A stretch of DNA of 63,772 nucleotides, the filler included, from Octopus bimaculoides (taxonomy: Eukaryota): NCBI RefSeq assembly GCF_001194135.2. It is 7 parts of 7 records of this genome, joined end to end, with 100 filler letters (N's around TTAATTAATTAA, not from the genome) between each part and the next. Parts side by side here need not be neighbours in the genome. Positions count along the whole stretch, not along the records: positions 33,446 to 49,428 come from NC_068983.1; positions 49,529 to 57,995 come from NC_068998.1; 5 more parts are not named here. One strand, given 5' to 3'. Below are positions 36,257 through 49,861 of this stretch, piece after piece. Below the pieces are notes generated by a model that was not told where the DNA came from, searched no databases, and saw only the letters and a list, made by a program, of their open reading frames with translations. The position numbers and the translations under genes were made by a program. Each line of letters starts with the position of its first letter. The stretch's first letter is position 1.

Positions 36257-36447
36257 GGCGCAGGTGTGGCTGTGTGGTAAGAAGTTATTGGCGCAGGCGT
36301 GAATGTATGGTAACAAGCTTGCTTCCCAAATACATGGTTCCGGGTTCAGTCCAATTGCGTGGCACCTTGGGTAAGTGTCCTCTACTATAGCCTTGAGTCA
36401 ATCAAAACCTTGAGTGGATTTGGTAGACGGAAACTGAAAGAAGTCTG

Positions 36448-36486
<39 letters not shown>

Positions 36487-36754
36487 NNNNNNNNNNCCGC
36501 AGTCAAATAACTGAAACAAGTAAAAAAAAGTCTTTTCTTCTCTAGGAACAAGGCCCGAAATTTTGGCGGGAGGGAGCCAGCTGATTAGATCGTCCCCAGT
36601 ACATAATTTATCGACCCCGAAAGGATGAAAGGCAAAGTCGACCTCGGCGGTATTTGAACTCAGAACGTAAAGACAGACGAAATACCACTAAGTAGTTCGC
36701 CCGGCCTGCTAACGTTTCTGCCAGCTCGCCGCCTTGAAACAAATAAAAGAAGTA
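36257..36754. mobile_element. Compound SINE insertion interrupting the left arm of the inverted duplication
   Basis: + strand SINE with a duplicated GGCGCAGG head, (TA)n, a small gap, then a - strand SINE. AACTTA occurs on both sides. Confidence 0.75.
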
Positions 36755-38134
36755 AACTTATTCCAATATTCGAAATTAATAAATTATTATAGTTTGAGCT
36801 TAAACAGCTTTCTCAAAATCTAGTTTTTATTTAAGGATTAATTGACTGACACGAGATTTATACAGAAAAACCGAAGATCGCGAACATTTGTATAGATAAT
36901 AGTACAGTAATACCTCACCTCACTAGTACCCGTTTTATGAGACACTCGGTACAAGATTTTACGAGTTTTATTTTCTGTTTACGAGTTTTCGCTTTACAAG
37001 CGTTCTCCGGGAACAAATTAATTCATATATTGATGCTTTACTGTATGTACCACAATTAATAAATGAATAAATTATATTTAGATTATGCATTCCAGAGAAA
37101 AGTAAGGCAACATTGAGATAACTAGACGTGATACTTGAAACTCGAAAGAATATTGACTCTATGTCACTTTCATTGACATTTACAATTTCGTAATAACAGA
37201 GCGTTGAATAGCAGAAGAGATAAAGAGATCAGTAAACATATGATTTCATTACGTGCTTCTGCGAACAATAATCTCGTTTGACCATTTCCGAGTACAGAGT
37301 AGTCTAACGGACCGAAAGTTTCCTTCGGTGTTTAGCCAAATCTCTTACATTCTGCCATCTAATTCTGTCTCTGTCAACTTTACTTACCGGTTTTTATTGT
37401 CAATACTAAGATCAATTTAATAGACTGCATGTTTTTTGAACTGCAATATAACAGCGGGGGCCACAAAATATTTGGAAGCAAGCAGTCTATTAAATTGATC
37501 TGAGTATTTGAACTACAATCTATTAAATTGATTTTAATAACGGGCTAAACACCGAAGGAGACTTTCGGTCCGTTAGACTACTCTGTACTTGGAAATGGTC
37601 CAACAAGATTATTGTGCGCAGAAGCACGTAATGAAACCATGTTACTGATCTCTTTATCACTTCTGCCATTCAACGATCTGTTATTACGAAATTGTAAATG
37701 TCAATGAAAATGACACAAGAATCACTCTTCTGCTTCCAACTTTAAAGTATCACGTCTACTTATTTCAATGTTGCCTTACTTTTCTCTGAAATGTATAATC
37801 TAAATATAATCCATTTATTCATTTGTAATGATACGTACAATAATGCCTCGATATATGAGTTAACTTGTTCAGGAAGAACGTTCGTAAAGCGAAAACTCGT
37901 AAACAGAGAATAAAACTCGTAAAATCTTGTACCCGGTATCTCATAAAGCGGGTCCTAGTGAAGTGAAGTATTACTGTACTATTGTCTATTCAAATGTCCG
38001 CGATCTTCGGTTTTCCTGTATAAATCTACGATTTCGTGTCAGTCAATTAATCCTTAAATAAAAAACTGGATTTTGAGGAAACGGTTTAAGCTCAAACTAT
38101 GATGATTTAATTATTTCGAAAATTTGAATAAGTT
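36755..38134. repeat. Long inverted repeat (arms 36755-37337 and 37543-38134, 205-bp spacer)
   Basis: Read directly. By-eye identity is roughly 85%, with small indels. It extends to 36122-36258 / about 38270 across the SINE insertion. Confidence 0.92.
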
Positions 38135-38948
38135 GTGTTTATCGTTAGAGACTTTAGTACTGACATGCATCCAACCAAAACATTTCTTCATGGGATAGCA
38201 TGGCAATTTTTATGACTGTTTGATGCCCAGCGCTATCCTAAACATTGAAATGTTCGAAATATAAATAGTCATGTCTTTACATGGCATACAAAACTATTTT
38301 AGTTTACATTTCAGGTAATATATTCGCCTACTCTAAGCTGTGACCTCCTCCGTACTTTCAGTTTCAAGTTAACGTTTTGCATATCGACCGATTAATTAAA
38401 AAAATATCAATTGAATATTCTCTCCTCCAGTTCACAGTAAAAACGTAATATTTAATGTGACTAGGAACACCTTAGTATCAACCAGAAATGTTTCCCATGT
38501 ATTCTCAACTATTATAAGCTATTCTACAGAAAGAGAGAAATTCATTTAAAGTTGCTCAAAGAATTATCTTTACATTGCAAAATGCCAATACTGAAAATCT
38601 AACGTGAGCAAAAGCCAGGAAGAAAATTGCATTGAAAGAAGTAGAAAGACATCAGTTGAATAAAATTCAGTTTTAGAGCTTCATATTTATAGACATGGTG
38701 AAAAGCTACAATAAATTGCATTGAATAGAAAGAAGACAATTTCAAGAATCTTTTACTAAACTATATGGCCACCTTCATGCATATGGAACAGAGAATAATT
38801 ACATACATATCAGCGGATGCATGTGAACTAATAGGGCATGTATGTCATTATTCAGTTTTATTTTAAGATTTCTTGCCTTGAATCTAACCTAGATTTAAGG
38901 CTCCATTATTCGGGTATTTTTGTTTGTATGTATGTATGTATGTATATA

Positions 38949-39269
38949 CAGGGTTGACCGAAAGTCACCTGACAGTAAATCAAAACCATTTAATTCCAAG
39001 ATTTATTTATGTTTAACAACTGAATGAATTTAATAAAAGCAGTTAAATATCAAACATCATGAAAATTGCATTATTTACATTTGACAGATATTTGTCCTCA
39101 TCTTGTTTGTTGTAAATAATGTACATAATTCCTCATCTCTAAATATAGACCTGTATTATCATGAAAATTGTTCAAACTGAACTCCTTTTTTCCATTCGAG
39201 TCAATACAGAGTTACAGATAGTATTTATGGAATTTTGATTTACTGTCAGGCGACTTTTGGCCAACGCTG
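38949..39269. mobile_element. Tc1/mariner-type MITE (321 bp)
   Basis: 37-bp TIRs (CAGGGTTGACCGAAAGTCACCTGACAGTAAATCAAAA, few mismatches) with TA on both sides. Confidence 0.85.
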
Positions 39270-39389
39270 TATGTATATGTGCAGATTTGTATGTTTTTCT
39301 GTATGTATGTATTCTCATGCATATAGTTGCATATCTAGACACGCTCATATATATTTAAATGATAAACTTCTGGAAAGTTCTACTGATTT

Positions 39390-39545
39390 TTAAGTGATGG
39401 ATTAGATCTGAAGTCTTCGAATTAGACTTCGCTTTTCTGGTTCAGAGAAACATAATTTCTCAAGATTGGTATTTAGGTAGTGTGTTACATATCGCAGGGC
39501 CCCAATAATTACAGAAATAAACCTGAACTCGTAGTCATAATAATT
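39390..39545 (-). mobile_element. RLE-type non-LTR retrotransposon C-terminal fragment
   Basis: YDYEFRFISVIIGALRYVTHYLNTNLEKLCFSEPEKRSLIRRLQI has the IIGALG-type tail of restriction-like-endonuclease LINEs. Confidence 0.65.
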
Positions 39546-42500
39546 TCGAAAATTTAAATAAGTTGTGTTTATCGTTAGAGACTTTGGTACTGACATTCAT
39601 CCAACCAAAGCACTTCTTCAGAGGAGAGCATGGCAATTTGTATGTTTGCTTTACTGCCCAGTGAGATCCTAAACATTGAAATGTTCGAAATATAAATAGT
39701 CATGTCTTTACATGGCATACAAAACTATTTTAGTTTACGTTTCAGGTAATGTATTCGCTTACTCTAAGCTGTGACCTCATCCGTGCTTTCAGTTTCAAGT
39801 TAACGTTTTGCATATCGACCGAAAAATTAAAACAACATCAAGTGAATATTCCCTCCTCCAGTTCACAGTAAAAACGTAATATTTAATGTGACTAGGAATA
39901 CGTTAGTATCAACCTGGATAGAGCAACTGCAGATTTCTCAATAGTTCTCGTTTTCACTGATCTTCAGCTTTATGGTATCATCCGCTGGGCAGCTAATTTC
40001 CACAGCTGTACACGGTTTCACTTTTGTATGCCAAATCATTATATCAGGCCTGTTGTGTTTACATTTTATTGAGTTCTTCACTTGGACATTCCACCAGGAC
40101 TCCTTTTTATGCGTGTATGTATGGATAGATGGATGGATGCATGCATGGCTGGATGAAATAATATATGTGTAAAAATATTAATATGAGAAGATAAATTGAA
40201 CAGGCTTTATTATGAGTCACTACAATTGTTTCTACGCATCATTACCCTCAGTTGATTGCTGAAGTAACACTGCATTAATATCACTCAGCAATAGTAGCAA
40301 GTAAATAGTGCTAGCTATTAACTCTATTCACCCGAAAGAAGGCATATGCTACCATTGTGAATGATATCAGTGCACAGCTATTTATAATATATTTAACATT
40401 CAGCAAGGAATAGATGGTAATGGTGCGTACATACATACATTTTTCCTCTCAGCAACTGTAATAAATTTACATTCAAAAGTTAAAATAAGTCACAAATATA
40501 TTTTAACTAACCCACAGTTCGTATATTCATCACTGCTTGAAGCTGATGGTGCTAAATATACATATAGTTCAAATATATATATATATACAAACAATATACT
40601 ACAAAATGAGATGGGTGAAAAAGCAACAACTAGTATGTATTAGTTTGACGCTCAGAAGAAATGGAAAACGTTTTTGACGTTTCGAGCCCAGAAATAAATG
40701 AGGACAAAAAATAGATGAGGAGAGAATGTATATGCATATGTTTGCGCATATTTATATACATATATCCATAGAGTTACATACATATATGTGGCATATAAAT
40801 ATATAAATATATATNNNNNNNNNNNNNNNNNNNNNNNNNNNNNNNNNNNNNNNNNNNNNNNNNNNNNNNNNNNNNNNNNNNNNNNNNNNNNNNNNNNNNN
40901 NNNNNNNNNNNNNNNNNNNNNNNNNNNNNNNNNNNNNNNNNNNNNNNNNNNNNNNNNNNNNNNNNNNNNNNNNNNNNNNNNNNNNNNNNNNNNNNNNNNN
41001 NNNNNNNNNNNNNNNNNNNNNNNNNNNNNNNNNNNNNNNNNNNNNNNNNNNNNNNNNNNNNNNNNNNNNNNNNNNNNNNNNNNNNNNNNNNNNNNNNNNN
41101 NNNNNNNNNNNNNNNNNNNNNNNNNNNNNNNNNNNNNNNNNNNNNNNNNNNNNNNNNNNNNNNNNNNNNNNNNNNNNNNNNNNNNNNNNNNNNNNNNNNN
41201 NNNNNNNNNNNNNNNNNNNNNNNNNNNNNNNNNNNNNNNNNNNNNNNNNNNNNNNNNNNNNNNNNNNNNNNNNNNNNNNNNNNNNNNNNNNNNNNNNNNN
41301 NNNNNNNNNNNNNNNATATATATATACATATACATATAACACAGACCCATACATACATACATACATACATACATACATACATACATACATACATACATAC
41401 CTACATATGTGTGCGTATGAGTGTGTGCATAACTTTTACAAGAATGTTGTCAGTAACGTCGCCGTTCTGGCCTGCTAGCTTTCTCCACACAGCACAAGTA
41501 AGGCCGGCAGACCGAAACTTTGAAGTCATTGTCACTCCTCTCCTCTACCAAAGAGTATTGAGTCATTCTTCAGCTTAATGTTAAATTGTTCTCATATATA
41601 ATTTGATATAAAAAGAAGCATTTCTCCAGACCATACGCTAACACAATTATTAGATGAGTATCAGACTTCCAAGCGAATTTCGAGTAAAATGCTTAATGAA
41701 TTATGGAAATAAAATAATTGGTTTCTCCAGATGTTTGTGCATGTCCGTGCATATTTGTATGTTAGTATAAATACGTTTTACACTACTGTCTTTTTGAGAG
41801 TAGCGTAATTCCGTCTGACATCAGTATAATGAAGTAACTAACAAACAAGAGAGCTTCTTCACAGTTTCCAGGTTTGTATGATACATTGCCGTCTGTAAGA
41901 GAGAACACCGAATAGAATAAATTTTACCCCGAAGAACACTGATTAAAAAGCAAAGGATGGTTACGACTAGGAAACCCTTGACCATAGCTTCTTTAGAGTT
42001 GATATGGGACTAAATATAAAAAAAAATTATGTATATTATTTTTTTAATATAATTTATTTACTGAGATGTAAATTCGATATATTTGATAGATTTTGATAAA
42101 TGTATGAATCGCCTAGAGGTTCCGTTACCTCACAATCGTATTTCAAATAGAGCTTCGAGCTAAAATGCTTTTAAATTGAATGTGATACATGTCTGGTTTT
42201 TAATCATTTTATTCACAACCTCTGTTTTACTTCTGTCCATTTTTTATCACTTCAGTTGTCTCGGTGTAGTGATGTATATAATAGGTTTTTTTTTCTATTA
42301 ACTCTTTAAACCACAGTTTGTGAAATCAATTCATATAGTATAAAACCCCCCCCGGTAGAAAAGTACGAGTGGAGGCGTATGGCTTAGTGGTTAAGGTGTT
42401 GAACTTATGGTCATAAGATTGTGGTTTCGATTCCTCGACCGGCCGATGCACTGTGTTCGTGAGCAAAATATTTCATTTCTCGTCATTACGAGTTTATATG

Positions 42501-44464
42501 AATCGAGAAGGAACTTAGAGAAGCACGATGATATTTGAGATAAATATTACCGACAGTATTGAACTACCATCCACCACAAGTGTCTTCTATATAATTGGCT
42601 CTGTTTGCTAACAGAGAAAAGAGACCGAATAATCTTGCTGGTATTGTAAAATAATATTGTAGCAATGTTAAACCAAATATATTTGCCATGTTATCTTGTA
42701 AATTTAAATGCAGACAAAGAGACAGGTGAGCACTGTAAGAAGAAAACCAAGCTATATATACTTGTGAATATCATGACGTGGATCTACTGAGGTAGGTGTT
42801 ATCTGCTATGAAGAGAAAGAGGGAATAAAATAACACATTATTGCTATCATAATAAAACTGAAACAATCAGAAACAAGGAGAGACTTGCCTGAATCAGGTA
42901 AATCAGTCAATTATCGAAAAATTAGTTCTTGTGATTATTATTTTCTGATTGGTTAAAACAACACGAATGACAAAGGTGAACATCAGTACAGGAGGGCTAG
43001 CTACAGGCTTCAAAGACAAATAGGTGCCGGTTAAAACGCAAGAGCAAAAGGTCTGAAAAACTATTAACTAGCGATATTGTTTATGGGATAAATGCATTAG
43101 TATTTTGATTTGTATGAAATATAATCGCAGACATTACGCCATACCTTCTTCTAATCACAGAAAAACACAGATTGAAGTAGAATTTCATTTATGAAGGCGA
43201 TAACCAGTTAAAAGAAGGGCAGGCCCATACCTTTTAAATTATAGTTAGTAATATCATAAAATTTCGCTTTCCCCCAACAGCATAGGTTAATTTTAGTACT
43301 ACGCGCAGGACAACTCAAATCTAGAATGTGTATGTGTATGTGTGTGCATGTGTGTGTGCGTGTGTGCGTGCGAACATACATAGATCCATACAGCGTATGA
43401 ATGTGAACATTCATCTAGAAGAACTGCTATTCTTAGCAGATCGATCGAGTACATAGATGTTCGGTCCTGGCTTGTTGGTAGTCATGATTTAGCGGAGTGG
43501 GGTGAATAATGAACTGGAGACAGATTTCATTAAGTTAGTAAAGTGTTTAAAAGGTTGGATTTTGTTAACGCTAAGTAGTTAAAATGGTTTTATAAGCTCG
43601 ATATGGATGTTCATATTCGTTTACATAATTAAATAAATGTTTTGCAACAGTAACTTTAATGTTATTATTGAAATACTGCCTCACCAATAAATTTGTTTAT
43701 ATTGCCGTAAGTAACGCGACACCTAATAGCTACTCACACGTACAGGAAATGCGCGTTGTAGTTCGTTCGCATAACTCTGACAGCATGACATGCTTCTTAT
43801 CAAATGTATTTATTCTTATATAGTTACAGTGTAATTCGTGTATACGTCTATAACATTCAACAATGATTTTACTGAGGAATATTAATGTCACCGGAGACTG
43901 CGCAGCTAACCTGAAGAGCATATTAGTTCACGCTATGAAGGTACTCTTTGGTCGGGGATTATCAAGACAGGTTGTTACCAGGTGTTTCTTGAGGCATGAA
44001 AAAAAATAGCACAATCTCTTCAGTCCCGCATGGTGTATGAAGATGGCACTGGTGATGTTTCATTTCAGGAGCTAATACGTAGCGGCTACTGGAATTTACA
44101 ATGTGCATTGTTGTGGAATTATGATTTTAGGTTTAAGTTAAATTCTATTCAACTGCATTGGAGAATTTTGCTTTTGAAACATTTAGAAGAGATTATATGG
44201 AAGATAAAGTGGTATCGGGATTGTTTTTTGGGTTGTTGGTTGCACAGACAGTTTAATCAGTAATTTAGAGAGAAAAGGTTTCCTCTAAGTGCCGGAAAAG
44301 GAAGTTGTCACATGCAGAAATATTTCTACGGTAACAATATATGGCGTAAACTAACGATTTGCTTCCAAACATGTTTTCATTATAGTTGTTAGGATTTTAT
44401 TATTGTCGTTTAGCCTTGGTCGGTTTGAGTTATGTATTATCTACGTTATTGAGGTCTTATTTAT

Positions 44465-44900
44465 CTCAGCTTAGGCTCCTGCAGATGAAACGATACTAGC
44501 CCTCTTTGCAGCAGGTGTGTATGGGTGTTTCCACTGCTTGGATTGTCTCTATATCTCTGGTTGACAGTGATGAGTCCAACATTCATCCTGAGCTAGGAGA
44601 CGTTCAAGGAAATCAGCTGGGTCTGAAAAGTGAGCTTTTCCCGTGATGTGATCAGCCTGGTGTGGCAAACACTGAGCAGAAACCTTTGTCACACCAAGTT
44701 TATTGTGCAGAATATCAACTCCCAGGACATGCTAATAGTATTGTCGGTTTGATCTATACAATCAATCGCCTGTCATCTATCACCATGTGGTGGTCACGAT
44801 CAATGTTTTCTTCGGTGATGGAAGTTGCAGGAAGTCCAGACGTTGCACTTTTGATAAAGCTGGATCGTCATCCCTTAATGTAGCCACCATAACAACATGA
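44465..44900 (-). mobile_element. Decayed mariner transposase N-terminal fragment (second family)
   Basis: SGLPATSITEENIDRDHHMVIDDRRL...TKVSA...QDECW...QWKHP, frameshifted. Confidence 0.75.
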
Positions 44901-45074
44901 ATGTCCTTTAGGTGTTTACCTTATTTCTGCTGGTACTTTATAACATCACGATGCCGAATTACGTCTTTTTTCAATGGAAGTCTCTATTAGTTACTCCTGA
45001 AATCTTCTTTGAACAGATAGATGTCAGTTTACGTGGAAAGAAACAATGCAGTTATTTATAACTAGAGCTGATAT

Positions 45075-45480
45075 TAATACATTCAAGATTTCACAGCTTT
45101 GACATCACTCCCTCATAGTGAGCCTATGCAGTTTTCAGCCCACCCTCGTACTTTCTTTTTCAGAAATTCCGCCTTATCCAGATTGTCACTTAGGCATTCA
45201 CGCACAAAGCCAAGTGCACCAGTTGTTCTTGACGTAAACGTGAATTTTTAATCCGAGTGGTGGAACTGAAGGTTTCGAAGCAATTTCTTGTTGTTCACTT
45301 CTTTATATTTGATTTTTTAAGACATACTTACATCAGCTGGGTAGCTGACTGCTATCACGGTGTATACTTTTTCATGTCCGTGCCAGACAAGAATATCCGG
45401 CCTATTATGATGGTACTTGATAGAAGTTTTAATGGCAATGTTCTGGTTATATTCTCTCTACTGCGATGCATGTATGCATC
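45075..45480 (-). mobile_element. RLE-type non-LTR retrotransposon endonuclease fragment
   Basis: Hand translation HNRPDILVW...AVSYPADVS...LLRNLQ...GALGFVRECLSDNLDK, a PD-(D/E)xK-like RLE motif; contains stops. Confidence 0.72.
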
Positions 45481-45556
45481 CAATAACTGAAGGGTCTTGA
45501 TATATCTATTTATGTATGTAGGTATGTGTACGTATATATAAATATAGAAATATAAA

Positions 45557-45617
<61 letters not shown>

Positions 45618-46815
45618 GTGTGTGTGTGTGTACTTACACACAGGTAGCTTTGAATCACCCATTTCTTTCTCCGCCACTTATACTCACTCTTTAGCTTACC
45701 AATAAAGACGCGCACAAATGCACGTACACGCTACATACACGCGTTCATAAGCATACACACTCGTACACATGCACACACGCCATTTATCTCTCTCTCTTTC
45801 CTTCCTATTTTCTCTCAAAAGACAATTTTTCATCCGTCCGCCATTTTCTTCCTTTTCTGCCCCATATGTATAACATTTCGCTTTTACATTCTTGGTCTGA
45901 GTTATTTCATCTCTTTCTCGAATTATACCATTTACTTGGACCCTTCTTACCATATGCTGAACTCACTATATAATTCTCTTGACCTTTTACCATTTTTTGT
46001 GTACTTCTACCAATTCTTGTTACTTTTGTTGTAATCAGAGAATTCAAGCATTTTTCAATCATTTTGGGATTGCTGTTTGAAAATCAATCTTTTATTCAAA
46101 CATATTTTCCGACTTCGAGTGCTTTACTTACATACTTACACCACCTTCAACAACCCCATCTGCCTAGCTCGGTTCGTTTCGCGTGTGGTTCATCAATACA
46201 TTTATTCCTACCTGCTTCCTCTCTCTCATCCTCTCACACAAGTTTTCACACCACCAACCAAGCAACTGCACACATACATACATACACACGCAGATACACA
46301 CACAAACACACGCCAACATCCTTACCTCAACTAATAAACAACACTATACTTCCACACGTACGAACGTGTATACACATATGAACACCACGCAAATAACCCT
46401 CCCCCCACTTATGTTTGCTTCCAGACACAGATTGACTCTGACACATATACACACATGCTCCTCAGCCCATTAAAATTTCCATCAGGTCTCTAGCCTTTCG
46501 TTTCCATTTTATCACTAATTTTACCACTTTCTCTCTCCCTTATTCTTCTCTCTTATTTTCTTTTCTGTTTATAAAGTCGGAAACATTCAAACTCTCTCAG
46601 TCATTTTCCTTCTTTCCCTTCTCTCTCTCTCATTCACTCTCTCTGTGTTCCCATTGAAGTGAAAATTAACTACATATCCGTCAAACTTTGTTCGTCCTCT
46701 GTTGTCATTTCCAATGTTTATTTGTCTTTAACCTACATACATAGTAACACACACGCGCGAGCACGCACACGCGCATATATATATATATATATATGTGCGA
46801 GTATATATGTGTGTG

Positions 46816-46864
<49 letters not shown>

Positions 46865-47379
46865 AGGGAGAGAGAGGAGGGAAAGACAGATGAGACAGTT
46901 CACAATTTCCAAAATGTGTTCTTCATAAAATGTATGAAAGATCAGTTTCGGACCACTGAATTAGATAATGGTTGCGTGCTTCCGTCCTCCAACAGTTAAA
47001 GTGTAAACATTTATACTTCTGTAAGCATTGAATTAGATATTTATTCAAGGCTTTCTTTCCTCTGGGAAGACACTACCTGTTTCTGGAGAATTAGGACACC
47101 CACATATATGAGAAGAAATACTCTCATATCAATCGTTAGTTTTCTTACAGATTTGTTGGAATCTTTTAAATGGTAAAATACATAGGTGCATCTGATCAAT
47201 GATATAGAATGAATAGAATTTAGGACAATAAAAAATAATGAAGTATAATAATGATATTATTATGGTGTTATACTGATTAATCATTAAATCATTAAAAAGA
47301 AAAAATAGCAAGTTATTATTTTTTCTCTGAGTACCACACTTTTGATAAATACGCCTCTAGTATAATCTATTTTTATCAA

Positions 47380-48800
47380 TAATTCTTCATGAATATCTTG
47401 CTAGATTTGAGCAATATTTTTCCATAACGTCTAAGAAATTGTCAAGGTGTTCACCGTAAAAGAAAACTTTTGTATGAGTGATTTCCTCTTCTTCTCCTCA
47501 TACTCATACTCATGCACCTCTTTCTCGCTATTATCCCCATCGTCGTCTTCCTCATCTTTAGTTTCTACTTGCATATCAAAGAGTCAAACGTCACAGGCTC
47601 TGCATTAGATGTAATTAGTCCATTAACATCTTCATTTGTGACTTTCAAGTAAAATTAATTCTTAAGCCGAAATAATTCCTCTGTGACAATATTGTCCTCA
47701 ATATTTTAAAATTTACTAGGAAACCTGAGTATGTCATTTTCCTGTAACCCTGATGTGTCGATTCATTTATCTCATCACATGCGGTTCCAGCATTATTGGT
47801 AGCATTCCAAATGTTGTATCTCTTCCATAACACTTTAAATTTAGTCCTATCCTCCCTACCAGTTGATTGATATAATGTTTAACAATAATAGAACTTCTTG
47901 AAGATTAATATTACTGTTCGACCCTTTCGCTCAATTTTTCTTCGTGCTACTTGGAAGCAAAAATACTAATATTACTTCAGATAAAAATAATCATGTTACT
48001 TCAGACATCTTTCAAACAAAGACAGCTTCAGTAACATCGCAACGCTGCTATGCGAAATAGACCCCTTCTTCAACAATATCAGCAGTAGCTTGAATAGATG
48101 TTGTTGCACTTGGTTTATTTTTACTAACCATCCAGGTAAATTTAGTCTATATAAAGCTACTTCTTTTTCCTGAACTTGCAAAATACATTTGCCTGAAATG
48201 TCCAATGTTTATCTCCCAATATGTAAGTTAGCAGATCGCTTTATCTTAAGTTATACGATTCACAGGAGGATATTTTATGTTGACTGCCAATACATACGTT
48301 TAATGAACACTCCATTTTTTTACATGACTATACCTTATTATTTTGATATAAATGTGGCAATTTTGTGTATATATACTTTGTTTGCCCCTTAATCTTGTAA
48401 GATATCATTTATTTACTCGTGTTCAAAGCCTTGATTATAGTCGAGAAAGATTGGCCATCTTTTTTTAATGTTTAATAATACACTTATTTAACTCTACATT
48501 TATTGGGTCTAGTCATCTTCACAGCATCATCAGTTTAATATTTTGCATTCATTTTGTTGGAACAATACATAATAAACGTCAGGTAAACTAAAATCGTCTT
48601 GAAACTCTGCTTTTTGATAATGGCGTCGTTGAAGGATATAACTGTCTAAAGTCGGTTTGTTTACAAACATAAAAATGCGATTGGAATCGTTCTGGGAATA
48701 TTGCATGCTTTGGATTTTCTTCTATACATGCAGATGGCTTTTTGATTATTAATTTTTATAAACGACCGACTCTACTTTAGCTTATTTTGTACAAAGCTAT
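47380..48800 (-). mobile_element. Highly decayed pogo/Tigger-like transposase
   Basis: FKKFYY...LWKRYNIWNATNNAGTACDEI followed by an acidic EDVNGLITSNAEP...DEEDDD tail resembles the DDE_1 C-terminus. Boundaries are approximate. Confidence 0.5.
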
Positions 48801-49095
48801 AATACATACAAAGATTTTTTTTTGCATAAAATATATTATTATTGGAGGATTTATAACTCTGTGTCAGTAAACATTAACTGGAAAACGAATAGAAAAAGTT
48901 TTAGTTTTATGCACTTCAGCAAAAATATACGAATAGCCAAGTTGTTAACATCAGATGAATAATAAATAAACTATGTCATTTGAAAGGGTTCGAGAGTAGA
49001 ACGATGAAATCTTAAAGACTACCTAAATATACTTACATACACACACATGGATATAAGTATGTATGTGTATGTGTATATATAAAGTGTAGTATATT

Positions 49096-49302
49096 GCCAC
49101 TTAAGTGTGGCTGACCCCTAGGGGTGGATGTTACTGTTGCTTTTAGCCCCAGGAGGACATCTCCTCCAGCTGGCTTATCGACACACGACTGTGTCCTGTT
49201 TGCCAAGGGAAGTTATCCCTCTCACCTCGATCTGCAGCACGAACGTATCCGGATTTCAGGGTTATTTCCCTTCGTCGGCGCCCGATAGCTGCTGACCTTG
49301 GC
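49096..49302 (+). mobile_element. GC-rich fold-back small element related to 3920-4136, with a different core
   Basis: Shares ACTGTGTCCT. Its 5' arm is the approximate reverse complement of 4040-4136. Internal nested stems GCCAAGG/CCTTGGC and 49205-49220/49258-49272. Confidence 0.55.
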
Positions 49303-49779
49303 GAGAGAGACAAAAACCTGGCAATCTTATATCTTCTTTTCCAGTGAAATTCTTCACTGATATCGAAAAGGTGAAAACAAGCAATGTTAATTCTCTAAAT
49401 GAAGTATTAACAGTAACTGCACGATAAANNNNNNNNNNNNNNNNNNNNNNNNNNNNNNNNNNNNNNNNNNNNTTAATTAATTAANNNNNNNNNNNNNNNN
49501 NNNNNNNNNNNNNNNNNNNNNNNNNNNNATCATCGCATTGTCTCTCTACTACCTCTGTCAAATGAATCACCAAAATTGGCCTTTCATTATTTATAATCTG
49601 TACCTGTTTGTTTGGTTACGAAATAAAATACACAAAACGTGTTACTGAATTACGTGTATTTACTTTATATACATATGAGTTGAAAACTTTCTTCTAGCAT
49701 TCCACTTAATATCTATGTTCCATGCTGGCATGGATTGGAGAGTTATTAATGTAGAAATATGGTATCGTAGCTACTAACA

Positions 49780-49861
49780 GTTGAGGGTTGCATAGTCTAG
49801 ACGGCGTTTTTAGATTTCATTATTCTCTTTAACCCGGGCAACGCCGGGTATTTCTGCTAGT
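49780..49861 (+). mobile_element. Helitron 3' terminus
   Basis: Hairpin ACCCGG-gcaacg-CCGGGT (49832-49849) followed 8 nt later by CTAG|T. Confidence 0.7.

Larger units (their letters stand above)
38113..39914 (+). repeat. Direct repeat pair, about 371 bp (38113-38483 and 39543-39914)
   Basis: Read directly; about 90% identical by eye. Confidence 0.92.

Noticed and set aside
49255-49300. HDV-like ribozyme in the 49096 element
   Set aside because: An L3-like TTCGTC is present but no P1/P2 pairing could be built by hand.
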